Source: Malikia sp.
GTDB lineage: Bacteria > Pseudomonadota > Gammaproteobacteria > Burkholderiales > Burkholderiaceae_C
Length of the DNA stretch: 64,000 bases
Direction: 5' to 3'
Assembly: GCF_028687635.1 (NCBI RefSeq)
Contig: NZ_JAQTZS010000005.1
Location: forward strand, 18,663 to 82,662
This document shows, piece by piece, positions 1-11,924 of this stretch (positions are counted from its first letter, which is position 1; every line of letters starts with the position of its first letter). Made by a program: the position numbers and the translations under genes. Below the pieces are notes generated by a model. The model made no database searches and was not told the origin of the DNA. It saw only the letters and a program-made list of their open reading frames with translations.

Positions 1-134
1 AGCTTGCCGTTGTCGTCGAAGTACACGCCCACGCCCAGGTTGACCTTGTTGGGGTTGGTGTCGGCGTTGTATTGCTCGTTCAGACCCAGGATCGGGTCGC
101 GGGGGGCCATTTCGACGGCGGAAAACAGAGACAT
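1..134 (-). CDS. class-I aromatic/aspartate aminotransferase, N-terminal fragment (gene continues beyond the left edge)
   Basis: Minus-strand translation from the ATG at 134 gives [45 protein letters not shown]. This fits the AspC/TyrB N-terminal pattern (DPILGL...K(V/I)NLG(V/I)GVY). Confidence 0.8.
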   Translation of the reverse strand, partial: MSLFSAVEMAPRDPILGLNEQYNADTNPNKVNLGVGVYFDDNGK

Positions 135-199
135 GTCGAAGTCCTGAAAGAGGGTGGGGAAGGGGGATGGGCGCCAGAGGCGGCGCCCATATTCTAGCC

Positions 200-1780
200 C
201 TAGCGCTCGTCGTTCGAGAGCCGGAAGGAGGCGGCGAGCCTGGCCAGCTGCTGGGCCTGCTCCTGCAGCGAGCTGGAGGCCGCCGAGGTCTGTTCGACCA
301 TGGCGGCGTTCTGCTGGGTCGACTCGTCGAGCTGGGAGACCGCGCCGTTGATGACGCCGATCCCGTTGGATTGCTCGCGGCTGGCCGCGGCGATGTCGCC
401 CACTATGCCCGCCACGCGCTGGATGCTCGCGACGATTTCCTGCATGGTGTCGCCAGCCTCGGTGACCTGCTGCGAGCCGATACCGACCTTGTCGACCGAG
501 TCGGAAATCAGGCCCTTGATCTCCCGGGCGGCCTCGGCGCTGCGTTGCGCCAGCGAGCGCACCTCGCCCGCCACCACGGCGAAGCCGCGTCCCTGTTCGC
601 CGGCCCTGGCCGCTTCCACGGCGGCGTTGAGCGCCAGGATGTTGGTCTGGAAGGCGATGCCATCGATCACGCCGATGATGTCCGCGATCTTGTGCGACGA
701 CTGGTTGATGGTCGCCATGGTATGCACGACATGCGACATGACTTCGCCGCCCCGGCTGGCCACCCGCGAGGCCGAGCCCGCCAGCTGATTGGCCTGGTTC
801 GCGCTGTCGGCGTTGTGGTCCACGGTGCTGGCCAGTTCCTCCGAGGCCGAGGCCGTCTGCTGCACCGAGTGGGCTTGCTGGTCGGTCCGGCGCGACAGGT
901 CCAGGGTGCCGGCCGCCACCTGCGTGGCCGCGCTCGCGATGGCGTCCGAGCCGTGTTGCACTTCCCTGATCAGGCGGTGCAGGCTCGACCGCATGGCCTC
1001 CATCCGTTCCAGCATCTGGCCGATTTCGTCCTCGCCCGAGTGCGGCACCGGGCGCGACAAATCGCCGCTCGCGATCGCGTTGCTGGTTTCGTCGGCCAGG
1101 GAAAAGCCCGAGCGCAGGCGTTTCATCAGCACCAGCGTGAGCCAGGTCGCCGGCAGGCAGCAGGCGATCAGGCAGAAGGCGAACACGCTCAACGCCAGCT
1201 GGTAGCGCGCTTGCGCGGCGCGCGCCGCCTCGTCGGCGAACCGGACCTGGTAATCGCGGAAAGCCACCAAGGCCTGGATGGCGGCCTCGCCTTCCTCCCG
1301 GCCCGCCTTCAGGAAGCCCGCCATGTTGGCGGCACTGAAATCATCGTTCTTGATATTATTGACGACGGCATCCAGTTTCTTGCGCCAGGGTTCGCGCGCG
1401 GCCCGGGCGACCGCCAGCAGGCGTCGGCTCTCCTCGTCGGCGGCACTGGCTTCCATCTGCTTGAAGCCTTCATTGGCCTTCACGCGCGTGGCGCTCATGG
1501 TTTCAAGGTGCAGGGTGGTCGGGTGATCATGGATGTTGGCCAGCACCGAGTCCGGCTGATGCTGGAAGGCCAGCAGCACCTGAAGGCGGTTCTGCACGAT
1601 CGCATCGATGGACGCGTTGGCCAGCAGGGCCGGTTTCATGGCGCCTTCGTGCACGACTTGCAGGCTTTGCTTGGCCGCGTGCAGCCCCCACAGACCGATG
1701 GCGAGCACCAGCGACAAGGCCAGCCAGTACATGGCGACGACGATGGTGAAGCGTTGCGTGATGCGAAATTTGTCCAGCAT
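200..1780 (-). CDS. methyl-accepting chemotaxis protein
   Basis: 526-aa ORF. It has an N-terminal TM helix, a periplasmic four-helix-type sensor region, a second TM/HAMP, and the conserved MCP signalling hairpin (..[41 protein letters not shown]..). Confidence 0.92.
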   Translation of the reverse strand: MLDKFRITQRFTIVVAMYWLALSLVLAIGLWGLHAAKQSLQVVHEGAMKPALLANASIDAIVQNRLQVLLAFQHQPDSVLANIHDHPTTLHLETMSATRVKANEGFKQMEASAADEESRRLLAVARAAREPWRKKLDAVVNNIKNDDFSAANMAGFLKAGREEGEAAIQALVAFRDYQVRFADEAARAAQARYQLALSVFAFCLIACCLPATWLTLVLMKRLRSGFSLADETSNAIASGDLSRPVPHSGEDEIGQMLERMEAMRSSLHRLIREVQHGSDAIASAATQVAAGTLDLSRRTDQQAHSVQQTASASEELASTVDHNADSANQANQLAGSASRVASRGGEVMSHVVHTMATINQSSHKIADIIGVIDGIAFQTNILALNAAVEAARAGEQGRGFAVVAGEVRSLAQRSAEAAREIKGLISDSVDKVGIGSQQVTEAGDTMQEIVASIQRVAGIVGDIAAASREQSNGIGVINGAVSQLDESTQQNAAMVEQTSAASSSLQEQAQQLARLAASFRLSNDER

Positions 1781-1859
1781 TGATTGTTTTTTTAGAGTTC
1801 AGGGCTAGCATTTGATTATGACTAGCATATGGCATTATTTCATAGGCTAGATCTCACAG

Positions 1860-3977
<2,118 letters not shown>

Positions 3978-4004
3978 GGACACATTTGGCGGACAATCCC
4001 GCCC

Positions 4005-4661
4005 ATGCCTCATGACCTCACCCGCATCTATCTGATCGAGGACGATCCGACCGTGCTGCGCTTCGTCGAGCAGACCCTGGTCGGTCGCCCGCCATGGCGG
4101 CTGGTCGGGCATTCCGACAGCCTCTCGCATGCTCGGCTGGTGGCGCCGAACAGCCTGGCCGATGTCTTCCTGGTCGACCTCGGCCTGCCCGACGGCCGTG
4201 GCGAGGAGATGCTGCGCACGCTCTCGATCGCGCGGCCCGATGCCGAGCTGCTGGTGTTCACCGTCTTCGGCGACGAGAGCCGGCTGCTGGAAGCCTTGCA
4301 GTGTGGCGCGACCGGCTATGTGCTCAAGGGCTGCAGCAGCGAGGAACTGATCGCCGCGATCGGGCAGGTGCGGGAGGGCGGGGCGCCGATTTCGCCGCTG
4401 CTCGCGCGCATGCTGCTCAAGCAGTTCCGCCGACCCGAGGCCAGTCCGCCGACGGGCGACGACAGCCGTCCTTCGCTGTCCGAACGCGAGACCGACGTGC
4501 TCAAGCTGGTCGCGCAGGGTTACGTCAACAAGGAGATCGCCGCCAAGCTCGGGATTGGCGCTGCCACGGTCAGCACCCACATCAAGAACCTCTACCGCAA
4601 GCTGGCGGTCCACACCCGGGTGCAGGTGGTCAAGGTGGCGCAGGAGCGCGGACTGCTCTGA
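4005..4661 (+). CDS. LuxR/NarL-family two-component response regulator
   Basis: 218 aa. It has a receiver domain (IEDD...VDLGLPDG) and a C-terminal LuxR helix-turn-helix (LSERETDVLKLVAQGYVNKEIAAKLGIGAATVSTHIKNLYRKL). Confidence 0.9.
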   Translation: MPHDLTRIYLIEDDPTVLRFVEQTLVGRPPWRLVGHSDSLSHARLVAPNSLADVFLVDLGLPDGRGEEMLRTLSIARPDAELLVFTVFGDESRLLEALQCGATGYVLKGCSSEELIAAIGQVREGGAPISPLLARMLLKQFRRPEASPPTGDDSRPSLSERETDVLKLVAQGYVNKEIAAKLGIGAATVSTHIKNLYRKLAVHTRVQVVKVAQERGLL

Positions 4662-5479
4662 TGGCCTGGTGCATCGGTGCCAACTGGATCATGCTGATGG
4701 CAGCCGGTTTGCTGGCGCTGCTGGCCGCATTCATCTGGCTGTTGCGGCGCTCGAACCGGTCGATCCAGGAAGTGCGCCGGCTCAACGCGACCCAAGCCGA
4801 CCGCATCGCGGCGCGCGAGGCCGAACTGCTGTCGGCGTTCGAGAAGCTGAAAGCCGCCGAGCAGCAGCGCCTGCTCGAAGGCGAGCGCCGCCGCATGATG
4901 CGCGACATGCACGACGGCCTCGGCAGCCAGCTGGTGCAGACGCTCAACCTGGTGCGCAACGCCAAGGGGGAGCTCAAGCCCGAGCGCGTCGCCGCCATGG
5001 TGCAGCAGGCGCTCGAAGAGCTGCGCCTGATGCTGGACTCGCTCGAACCGATGGAGGGCGACCTGCCCGCCATCCTCGGCACCCTGCGCCTGCGCGTGGG
5101 TCCCTCGCTGCAAGCCGCCGGGATCGAACTGGACTGGCGGGTCGAGGAAACCGCGCCGATCGCCGACCTCGACGCGCGCGGCGTGATGCACCTGTTCCGC
5201 TGCGTGCAGGAGGTGCTGGCCAACGTGGTCAAGCATGCCCGCGCCAGCCGGGTCAGGGTGCGGACCTGGGACGGCGTCGACGCTGGCATCTACCTCGCGA
5301 TCGAGGACGACGGCCAGGGCGCGAGCGTCGCCGTGGCGCCGGGCCAGGCGGTGCGCGTCGTCGGCCGCGGCCTGAGCAACATCCGCAACCGCGCCGAGCA
5401 GATCGGCGCCCGCGTGCGCTTCTACGATGCCGCGCCGGGACTCGGCGTGGAGTTCCGCTTCGCTGCCCGGGTTTCCTAG
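4661..5479 (+). CDS. HisKA_3-type sensor histidine kinase (single TM helix, no obvious sensor domain)
   Basis: The start is taken at ATG 4661, which overlaps the regulator stop (TGATG). Translation MAWCIGANWIMLMAAGLLALLAAFIWLL is a TM helix. It is followed by the H-box MRDMHDGLGSQLV and HATPase_c motifs (LANVVKHA, IEDDGQG, GRGLSNIRNRA). The longer 4094 ORF is a frame artefact that runs through the regulator gene. Confidence 0.82.
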   Translation: MAWCIGANWIMLMAAGLLALLAAFIWLLRRSNRSIQEVRRLNATQADRIAAREAELLSAFEKLKAAEQQRLLEGERRRMMRDMHDGLGSQLVQTLNLVRNAKGELKPERVAAMVQQALEELRLMLDSLEPMEGDLPAILGTLRLRVGPSLQAAGIELDWRVEETAPIADLDARGVMHLFRCVQEVLANVVKHARASRVRVRTWDGVDAGIYLAIEDDGQGASVAVAPGQAVRVVGRGLSNIRNRAEQIGARVRFYDAAPGLGVEFRFAARVS

Positions 5480-5524
5480 CGCCGCTGGCGCTGGGGCAGG
5501 CTGTTTCAGTTGGCAGCCGGTCCT

Positions 5525-5579
5525 AATGTTGACTAAATAAGTCGGGATTGGTGTATACTCGACCGAAACGCTCGGGATT
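5525..5579. promoter_or_regulatory. two IscR type-1-like operator sites in the isc promoter
   Basis: The two 25-mers are 5525-5549 (aatgttGACTaaataAGTCgggatt) and 5555-5579 (atactcGACCgaaacgCTCgggatt). Both resemble the remembered IscR type-1 consensus ATASYYGACTRWWWYAGTCRRSTAT. A TTGACT (5529-5534) and a TATACT (5554-5559) lie within them. Confidence 0.6.
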
Positions 5580-5643
5580 CGATGCGATCCTCGTTGCAGG
5601 TGCGACGAGATCAGGTTTCCCCGGTCATTTCCAGGAGTTTGCC

Positions 5644-6177
5644 ATGCGTCTCACCACCAAGGGCCGTTTCGCCGTCACCGCCATGATCGACCTGGCCCTG
5701 CGCCAGAACGGCGGTCCGGTGACGCTGGCCGCGATCAGTCAGCGCCAGCAGATTTCCCTGTCCTACCTGGAGCAGTTGTTCGGCAAGCTGCGCCGCAACC
5801 AGCTGGTCGAGTCCACCCGCGGTCCTGGCGGCGGCTACACGCTGGGCCGCAAGGCCGACGAGATCACGGTGGCCGACATTATCGTCTCGGTCGACGAGCC
5901 GATCGACGCGACCGGCTGCAGTGGCAAGCACAATTGCCTGGGCGACGGCGTGCCTTGCATCACGCACGACCTCTGGGACCAGCTCAACGCCAAGATGGTC
6001 GAGTTCCTGAGCTCGATCACGCTGCAAAAGCTGATCGACGAGCAACTCGCCAAGGGCGTTGTGATCGAGCCGGCGCCCCAGATCCGGCGCGCGATCTCCT
6101 CCGCGCCGGTGGTCAAGCCGATCCGCGTCAACGCCCCCAATTCTGTCTTCGCGCTCGGGCTCGTCGCGGCCAAGTGA
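5644..6177 (+). CDS. iscR: Fe-S cluster assembly transcriptional regulator IscR (Rrf2 family)
   Basis: The start is taken at [19 protein letters not shown], preceded by a cAGGAg ribosome-binding site. The protein has an Rrf2 helix-turn-helix and cluster-ligand Cys residues (..[10 protein letters not shown]..). It sits at the head of the isc operon. Confidence 0.93.
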   Translation: MRLTTKGRFAVTAMIDLALRQNGGPVTLAAISQRQQISLSYLEQLFGKLRRNQLVESTRGPGGGYTLGRKADEITVADIIVSVDEPIDATGCSGKHNCLGDGVPCITHDLWDQLNAKMVEFLSSITLQKLIDEQLAKGVVIEPAPQIRRAISSAPVVKPIRVNAPNSVFALGLVAAK

Positions 6178-6223
6178 GCCGCCCCTCCAGCCCCCCAGTG
6201 CATCACCCTCACAGGACGACACC

Positions 6224-7444
6224 ATGAGCATCACCCCGCATCTGCCGATCTACCTTGACTACAGCGCCACCACGCCCTGCGATCCGCGCGTGGTTGACAA
6301 GATGATTCCCTGGCTGCATGACCATTTTGGCAACCCCGCTTCCCGCAGCCACGCCTGGGGCTGGGAAGCCGAACAGGCGGTCGAGACCGCGCGCGAGCAG
6401 GTCGCCGCCCTGATCGGCGCCGACCCGCGCGAGATCGTCTGGACCAGCGGCGCGACCGAGTCCAACAACCTGGCGCTCAAGGGCGCGGCCCATTTCTATA
6501 AGGCCAAGGGCAAGCACCTGATCACGGTCAAGACCGAGCACAAGGCCGTGCTCGACACCTGCCGCCACCTCGAGCGCGAAGGCTTCGAGGTCACCTACCT
6601 CGACGTCCAGCCCGACGGCTTGCTCGATCTCGACGCCTTCAAGGCCGCGATCCGCCCCGACACCATCCTGGCCAGCGTGATGTTCGTCAACAACGAGATC
6701 GGCGTGATCCAGGACATCCCCGCCATCGGCGCGATCTGCCGCGAGAAGGGCGTGATCTTCCACGTCGATGCCGCGCAGGCCACCGGCCGCGTCCATGTCG
6801 ACCTGGCCCAACTGCCGGTCGACCTGATGAGCCTGACCTCGCACAAGACCTACGGCCCCAAGGGCATCGGCGCGCTGTATGTGCGTCGCAAGCCGCGCAT
6901 CCGCCTGGAAGCGCAGATGCATGGCGGCGGTCACGAGCGCGGCATGCGCTCGGGCACCCTGCCGACGCACCAGATCGTCGGCATGGGCGAGGCCTACCGC
7001 ATCGCCAAGGCCGAGATGGACACCGAACTGCCGCGCATCCAGGCCCTGCATGACCGCATGTTCAAGGCCCTGGCCGGCATCGAGCAGGTGTTCCTCAACG
7101 GCCACGAGACCCGCCGCATTCCGCACAACCTCAACATGAGCTTCAACTATGTCGAGGGCGAGTCGCTGATCATGGGCATCAAGGGCCTGGCGGTATCTTC
7201 CGGCTCGGCCTGCACCTCGGCCAGCCTGGAGCCCAGCTATGTGTTGCGCGCCCTGGGCCGCAGCGACGAGCTCGCCCACAGCAGCCTGCGCATGACCATC
7301 GGCCGCTGGACCACCGAGGAAGAAATCGACACCGCGGTCGAGGCCATCCGGACCAACGTCGCCAAGCTGCGCGAACTCTCGCCGCTGTGGGACATGTACC
7401 AGGACGGCATCGACATCTCGACCATCCAGTGGGCCGCCCACTGA
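6224..7444 (+). CDS. iscS: cysteine desulfurase IscS
   Basis: 406 aa. Motifs include [19 protein letters not shown] (PLP lysine) and [21 protein letters not shown] (active-site Cys loop). Confidence 0.97.
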   Translation: MSITPHLPIYLDYSATTPCDPRVVDKMIPWLHDHFGNPASRSHAWGWEAEQAVETAREQVAALIGADPREIVWTSGATESNNLALKGAAHFYKAKGKHLITVKTEHKAVLDTCRHLEREGFEVTYLDVQPDGLLDLDAFKAAIRPDTILASVMFVNNEIGVIQDIPAIGAICREKGVIFHVDAAQATGRVHVDLAQLPVDLMSLTSHKTYGPKGIGALYVRRKPRIRLEAQMHGGGHERGMRSGTLPTHQIVGMGEAYRIAKAEMDTELPRIQALHDRMFKALAGIEQVFLNGHETRRIPHNLNMSFNYVEGESLIMGIKGLAVSSGSACTSASLEPSYVLRALGRSDELAHSSLRMTIGRWTTEEEIDTAVEAIRTNVAKLRELSPLWDMYQDGIDISTIQWAAH

Positions 7445-7469
7445 TCCCGCACTGAACAGGAGAACGAAC

Positions 7470-7859
7470 ATGGCTTACTCTGACAAGGTCGTCGACCACT
7501 ACGAAAACCCCCGCAACGTCGGCAGCTTCGACAAGGGCGACGAGGACGTGGGCACCGGCATGGTCGGCGCACCGGCTTGCGGCGACGTCATGAAGCTGCA
7601 GATCAAGGTCAACCCGGCCACCGGCGTGATCGAGGATGCGCGCTTCAAGACCTACGGCTGCGGCTCGGCGATCGCATCAAGCTCGCTGGTGACCGAATGG
7701 GTCAAGGGCAAGACCCTGGATCAGGCGGCCCAGATCAAGAACAGCGAGATCGCCGAGGAGCTGGCGCTGCCGCCGGTCAAGATCCACTGCTCGATCCTGG
7801 CCGAGGACGCCATCAAGGCCGCCGTCGACGACTACAAGAAGAAGCACGTCGCCGCCTGA
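7470..7859 (+). CDS. iscU: Fe-S cluster scaffold IscU
   Basis: 129 aa with MAYSDKVVDHYENPRNVGS, GAPACGDVMKL, TYGCGSAIASSS and LPPVKIHCS. Confidence 0.97.
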   Translation: MAYSDKVVDHYENPRNVGSFDKGDEDVGTGMVGAPACGDVMKLQIKVNPATGVIEDARFKTYGCGSAIASSSLVTEWVKGKTLDQAAQIKNSEIAEELALPPVKIHCSILAEDAIKAAVDDYKKKHVAA

Positions 7860-7897
7860 TCCACTGACCCCGACCGACCCCTTATCCTGCGCTCACC

Positions 7898-8221
7898 ATG
7901 TCCGTCACCCTCACCGAAGCCGCCGCCAAGCATGTCACCAAATACCTGAGCCGTCGTGGCAAGGGCGTCGGGGTGCGGCTGGGCGTCAAGACCACCGGCT
8001 GCTCGGGTCTGGCCTACAAGCTCGAGTACGCCGATGAAGTCGCGCCCGAGGACGTGGCGTTCGAGGACAAGGGCATCCAGATCCTGGTCGACCCCAAGTC
8101 GCTGGCCTACCTCGACGGCATGACGCTGGACTTCGTGCGCGAGGGCCTCAACGAAGGCTTTCGCTTCAACAACCCCAACGAGCGCGATCGCTGCGGCTGC
8201 GGAGAGTCCTTCCGTGTCTGA
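7898..8221 (+). CDS. iscA: iron-binding A-type carrier IscA
   Basis: 107 aa with TGCSGLAY and a C-terminal CGCGESF. Confidence 0.95.
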   Translation: MSVTLTEAAAKHVTKYLSRRGKGVGVRLGVKTTGCSGLAYKLEYADEVAPEDVAFEDKGIQILVDPKSLAYLDGMTLDFVREGLNEGFRFNNPNERDRCGCGESFRV

Positions 8222-8750
8222 GTCCAAGGCCCAGGCACCCAGCCTGCAGGACGACGACTTCAAGCTGTTCGGCCTGCCCATGGGCTTTACACTGGAGCGC
8301 GCCGCGCTCGATGAACGCTGGAAGGCGCTGCAGCGCCAGGCCCACCCCGACCGTTTCGCGGCCCAGGGTGCTGCCGCCCAGCGCGTAGCCATGCAATGGT
8401 CGGTACGCATCAACGAGGCCTACCAGCGCCTGAAGGACCCCTTGAAACGCGCGGCCTACTGGTGCGAGCTGAGCGGCGCCCCGATCAAGGCCGAGAGCAA
8501 TACCGCGATGCCGGCCGCCTTCCTGATGCAGCAGATGGAGTGGCGCGAGGCGCTTGAAGAGGCTGATGGCTCCGAAGCGATCGAGGCCTTGCTGGATCAG
8601 ACCCAGGCCTTCCGGCGCGACATGCTGGAGCAGCTCGGCCGCACCATTGACCAGCAGCGCGACGCGGCCGCGGCCGCCCAGCAGGTCAGGGCGCTGATGT
8701 TCGTCGAGCGTTTCGCCGACGATCTGCACGGCCGGCTTGATCGCTGCTGA
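8214..8750 (+). CDS. hscB: co-chaperone HscB
   Basis: 178 aa with a GTG start that overlaps the iscA stop. The J-domain carries HPD ([10 protein letters not shown]). Its position between iscA and hscA supports the call. Confidence 0.9.
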   Translation: MSESKAQAPSLQDDDFKLFGLPMGFTLERAALDERWKALQRQAHPDRFAAQGAAAQRVAMQWSVRINEAYQRLKDPLKRAAYWCELSGAPIKAESNTAMPAAFLMQQMEWREALEEADGSEAIEALLDQTQAFRRDMLEQLGRTIDQQRDAAAAAQQVRALMFVERFADDLHGRLDRC

Positions 8751-8837
8751 TTCGGTTCAGCCTGCGACAATAGTGGGCTGTTGCGAGATTTTTCGAGACT
8801 GAGTTTTTACCGCGGGCCTCGAAGCCCGCCATGCCCC

Positions 8838-10739
8838 ATGGCCCTGCTGCAAATCTCCGAACCCGGCCAGACGCCCGATCCGCACCAGCGGCGCGTGGCT
8901 GTCGGCATCGACCTCGGCACCACCCATTCGCTGGTCGCCTCGGTGCGCCACGGCTTGCCCGAATGCCTGCCCGACGAGCTGGGCCGGGTGATCCTGCCCA
9001 GCGTGGTGCGCTATCTGGCGCCTGGCCAAGGCTCCGGCCGCCAGATCGGCTGGGACGCGCTTGCCGCCCAGATCGAGGACCCGCACAACACCATCAGCTC
9101 GGTCAAGCGCCTGATGGGGCGCAAGCAGGCCGACCTGCAAGCCCAGGGCGTGGCCGCCAAGCTGCCCTATACCGTGGTCGATGGCCCCGGCATGGCGGCG
9201 GTCCAAACGGTGGCGGGCGACAAGTCCCCGGTCGAGGTCAGCGCCGAGATCCTGGCCACGCTGCGTTTTCGCGCCGAGGACAGCTTCGACAATGACCTGT
9301 TCGGCGCCGTCATCACGGTGCCGGCCTATTTCGACGACGCCCAACGCCAGGCGACCAAGGACGCCGCGCAGATGGCCGGCCTCGAAGTGCTGCGCCTGAT
9401 CAACGAGCCGACCGCGGCGGCGATCGCCTACGGCCTGGACCAGGGCTCGGAAGGCGTCTACGCGGTCTATGACCTCGGCGGCGGCACCTTCGACGTCTCG
9501 ATCCTGCGGCTGACCCAGGGCGTGTTCGAAGTGCTGGCCACCGGCGGCGACTCCGCGCTGGGAGGCGACGACTACGACCGCGCGCTGGCCGACTGGCTGC
9601 TGCTGCAATGCGGTCACAGCCTCAAGGCCGGCGAACTGCCGGCCGGCGAGCGTGCCCGCCTGCAGGCCGAGGCGCGCCGCGTCAAGGAAGCGCTGTCCGC
9701 CCATGCCGACGACGGCGTGGCGGTGCGCTTCGAGGTCTTGCTCGACGGCAAGACCCTGGCGCGCGACATCACGCACGCGGAATTTGCCCAGGCCTGCGCC
9801 GAACTGACTCAGCGCACCATGGTCGCCGTCAAGCGCGTGCTGCGCGATGCCAGGCTGGATAAATCCGAAATCAAGGGTGTCGTCATGGTGGGCGGCTCGA
9901 CCCGCATGCCCGTGGTGCGGAAGGCGGTGGGCGAGTTCTTCGGCCAGCAGCCGCTGACCAACCTGAATCCGGACGAGGTTGTCGCGCTTGGCGCAGCGAT
10001 CCAGGCCAACCAGCTCGCTGGCAACAATCCGGACGGCGACCTGCTGCTGCTCGACGTCATTCCGCTCTCGCTCGGTATCGAGACCATGGGTGGACTGGTC
10101 GAGCGCATCGTGCCGCGCAACACCACCATCCCGACCGCGCTGGCGCAGGACTTCACGACCTTCAAGGACGGTCAGACCGCGCTGGCGCTGCATGTGCTGC
10201 AGGGCGAACGCGACCTGGTGGCCGACTGCCGCAGCCTGGCACGCTTCGAGCTGCGCGGCATCCCGCCGATGCCCGCTGGCGCCGCGCGCATCCGCGTCAC
10301 CTTCACCATCGACGCCGACGGCCTGCTGACCGTGGGCGCGAAAGAGCAGGGCAGTGGGGTCGAGGCCCAGACCGTGGTCAAGCCCAGCTACGGCCTGTCG
10401 GACGAGCAGATCGCCGCCATGCTGCAAGACAGCTTCGCCACCGCGCAGCAGGACATGGCCGCGCGCGCGCTGGTCGAGGCCCGGGTCGAGGCCGAGCGCA
10501 TGCTCGATGCCACCCGCAGCGCGCTGGCAGCCGATGCCGACCTGCTCGAACCCGAGCAGCGGGCCGAGATCGACCGCCTGCTCGCCGAGACCGATGCCAT
10601 CCGCGCCAGCTCGGCTGACGCCGCCGCCATCGAGGCCGCGACCGAAGCCCTGGCCAAGGGCACCGAGCCCTTTGCCGCGCTGCGCATGAACCGCGGCATC
10701 GCCCGCGCCCTGTCCGGCCAAAACGTGGAGAATTTCTGA
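8838..10739 (+). CDS. hscA: Fe-S protein assembly chaperone HscA (Hsp70 family)
   Basis: The start is taken at [10 protein letters not shown], the canonical HscA N-terminus, followed by [12 protein letters not shown]. The upstream part of the 8781 ORF is treated as non-coding. Confidence 0.95.
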   Translation: MALLQISEPGQTPDPHQRRVAVGIDLGTTHSLVASVRHGLPECLPDELGRVILPSVVRYLAPGQGSGRQIGWDALAAQIEDPHNTISSVKRLMGRKQADLQAQGVAAKLPYTVVDGPGMAAVQTVAGDKSPVEVSAEILATLRFRAEDSFDNDLFGAVITVPAYFDDAQRQATKDAAQMAGLEVLRLINEPTAAAIAYGLDQGSEGVYAVYDLGGGTFDVSILRLTQGVFEVLATGGDSALGGDDYDRALADWLLLQCGHSLKAGELPAGERARLQAEARRVKEALSAHADDGVAVRFEVLLDGKTLARDITHAEFAQACAELTQRTMVAVKRVLRDARLDKSEIKGVVMVGGSTRMPVVRKAVGEFFGQQPLTNLNPDEVVALGAAIQANQLAGNNPDGDLLLLDVIPLSLGIETMGGLVERIVPRNTTIPTALAQDFTTFKDGQTALALHVLQGERDLVADCRSLARFELRGIPPMPAGAARIRVTFTIDADGLLTVGAKEQGSGVEAQTVVKPSYGLSDEQIAAMLQDSFATAQQDMAARALVEARVEAERMLDATRSALAADADLLEPEQRAEIDRLLAETDAIRASSADAAAIEAATEALAKGTEPFAALRMNRGIARALSGQNVENF

Positions 10740-10740
10740 C

Positions 10741-11079
10741 ATGCCGATCATCAAGATCCTGCCCCATCCCGAATACTGCCCGCAAGGCACCGAGATCCAG
10801 GCCCTGCCGGGCACGACCATTTGCGAGGCGCTGCTCGACCACGAGATCGAGATCGAGCATGCCTGCGACATGAGCTGTGCCTGCACCACCTGCCACGTGA
10901 TCGTGCGCTCTGGGCTGGAGAGCCTGAACGAGGCGACCGAGGAAGAGGAAGACCTGCTCGACAAGGCCTGGGGCCTGGAGCCGCAGTCCCGTCTGAGCTG
11001 CCAGGCGCGACTGGCCAAGCAGGACCTCACCATCGAGATCCCGCGCTACACCATCAACCACGCGCGCGAGCACCACTGA
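10741..11079 (+). CDS. fdx: ISC-system [2Fe-2S] ferredoxin
   Basis: 112 aa with a CDMSCACTTCHV...C cysteine pattern, immediately after hscA. Confidence 0.95.
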   Translation: MPIIKILPHPEYCPQGTEIQALPGTTICEALLDHEIEIEHACDMSCACTTCHVIVRSGLESLNEATEEEEDLLDKAWGLEPQSRLSCQARLAKQDLTIEIPRYTINHAREHH

Positions 11080-11092
11080 AAGCAGCCATCCC

Positions 11093-11818
11093 ATGCGCCA
11101 GATCGTCCTCGATACCGAGACCACCGGCCTGTCGGCCATCGACGGCGACCGCATCATCGAGATCGGCTGCGTCGAGCTGCTCCATCGCAAGCTGACCGGC
11201 AACAACCGCCATTTCTACCTGCACCCCGAGGACCGCGCCATCCACGAGGACGCGCAGCGGGTGCACGGGATCTCGATCGAGTTCCTGGCCGACAAGCCCA
11301 AGTTCCGGTCCATCGCGGACGACCTGCTGGAGTACCTGCAGGGCGCCGAGCTGGTCATCCACAACGCGCCGTTCGACATCGGCTTCCTGAACGAGGAACT
11401 GCGCCGCCTCAACCGGGGCCGGATCACCGATCTGATCGACGGTGTGATCGACACCCTGGCCATGGCCAAGGAGATGTACCCGGGCAAGCGCAACGGCCTC
11501 GATGCGCTGTGCGACCGGCTCGGGGTCGACAACTCAAGCCGCAATTTCCACGGTGCCTTGCTCGATGCCGAACTGCTGGCCGATGTCTACATCAACCTGA
11601 CGCGTGGCCAGAACGCGCTCTCGATGGAGGTGGAGTCGGGCGAGGCAGGCGCGGACGGCCAGCTGGTGGCGGTTGACCTGAGCCGCTTCGAGCTGCCGGT
11701 ACTGGGCCTGAGCGAAGCCGAACTGCAGGCGCATGAGTCGCTGCTGGCCGAGCTCGACAAGGCCAGCAAGGGCAAGACCGTCTGGCGCCGACTGGAGCCA
11801 CAAGCCGAGGCCGCATGA
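11093..11818 (+). CDS. dnaQ: DNA polymerase III epsilon subunit (3'-5' exonuclease)
   Basis: 241 aa with Exo I (IVLDTETTG), Exo II (LVIHNAPFDIGFL) and Exo III (HGALLDAELLADVY) motifs. Confidence 0.93.
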   Translation: MRQIVLDTETTGLSAIDGDRIIEIGCVELLHRKLTGNNRHFYLHPEDRAIHEDAQRVHGISIEFLADKPKFRSIADDLLEYLQGAELVIHNAPFDIGFLNEELRRLNRGRITDLIDGVIDTLAMAKEMYPGKRNGLDALCDRLGVDNSSRNFHGALLDAELLADVYINLTRGQNALSMEVESGEAGADGQLVAVDLSRFELPVLGLSEAELQAHESLLAELDKASKGKTVWRRLEPQAEAA

Positions 11819-11851
11819 CGGCATCAGTCCGGCACGAAGCGTGATGCTTGC

Positions 11852-11870
11852 ACCCGGGCCTGGCCCGGGT
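11852..11870 (+). terminator. GC-rich perfect palindrome after dnaQ (possible weak terminator)
   Basis: acccgggcc-t-ggcccgggt is followed by ttat. The U-tract is short, so the function is uncertain. Confidence 0.35.
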
Positions 11871-11924
11871 TTATCATGGATGATATACGTAACTTACGCA
11901 AAATTGAATAATCATCTGAATCAA

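Noticed and set aside
166-189. GC-rich hairpin (atgggcgcc-agaggc-ggcgcccat) just downstream of the MCP stop.
   Set aside because: The 9-bp stem is stable, but neither strand has a U-tract after it. Only about 65 nt separate the MCP gene from the aminotransferase gene. It may be an attenuator or processing structure, but I cannot support a terminator call.
1781-1859. A possible SOS (LexA) box upstream of uvrB in the AT-rich divergent promoter, which carries repeated CTAGCAT-like elements.
   Set aside because: I found no CTGT-N8-ACAG-type palindrome. The repeated ctagca/ctagat elements do not match any LexA consensus I know, so no call is made.
4094-5479. 461-aa ORF implying a long N-terminal extension of the histidine kinase.
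   Set aside because: The extension lies out of frame inside the response-regulator gene and is Arg/Ala/Gly junk. ATG 4661 gives a sensible TM-helix N-terminus and a coupled TGATG junction.
11733-11924. Upstream extension of the recombinase-like ORF that overlaps the dnaQ 3' end.
   Set aside because: The extension would overlap dnaQ by 86 nt, run through the post-dnaQ palindrome and the AT-rich TTACGYAA region, and encode low-complexity sequence. ATG 11925 is preferred, and ATG 11880 cannot be excluded.
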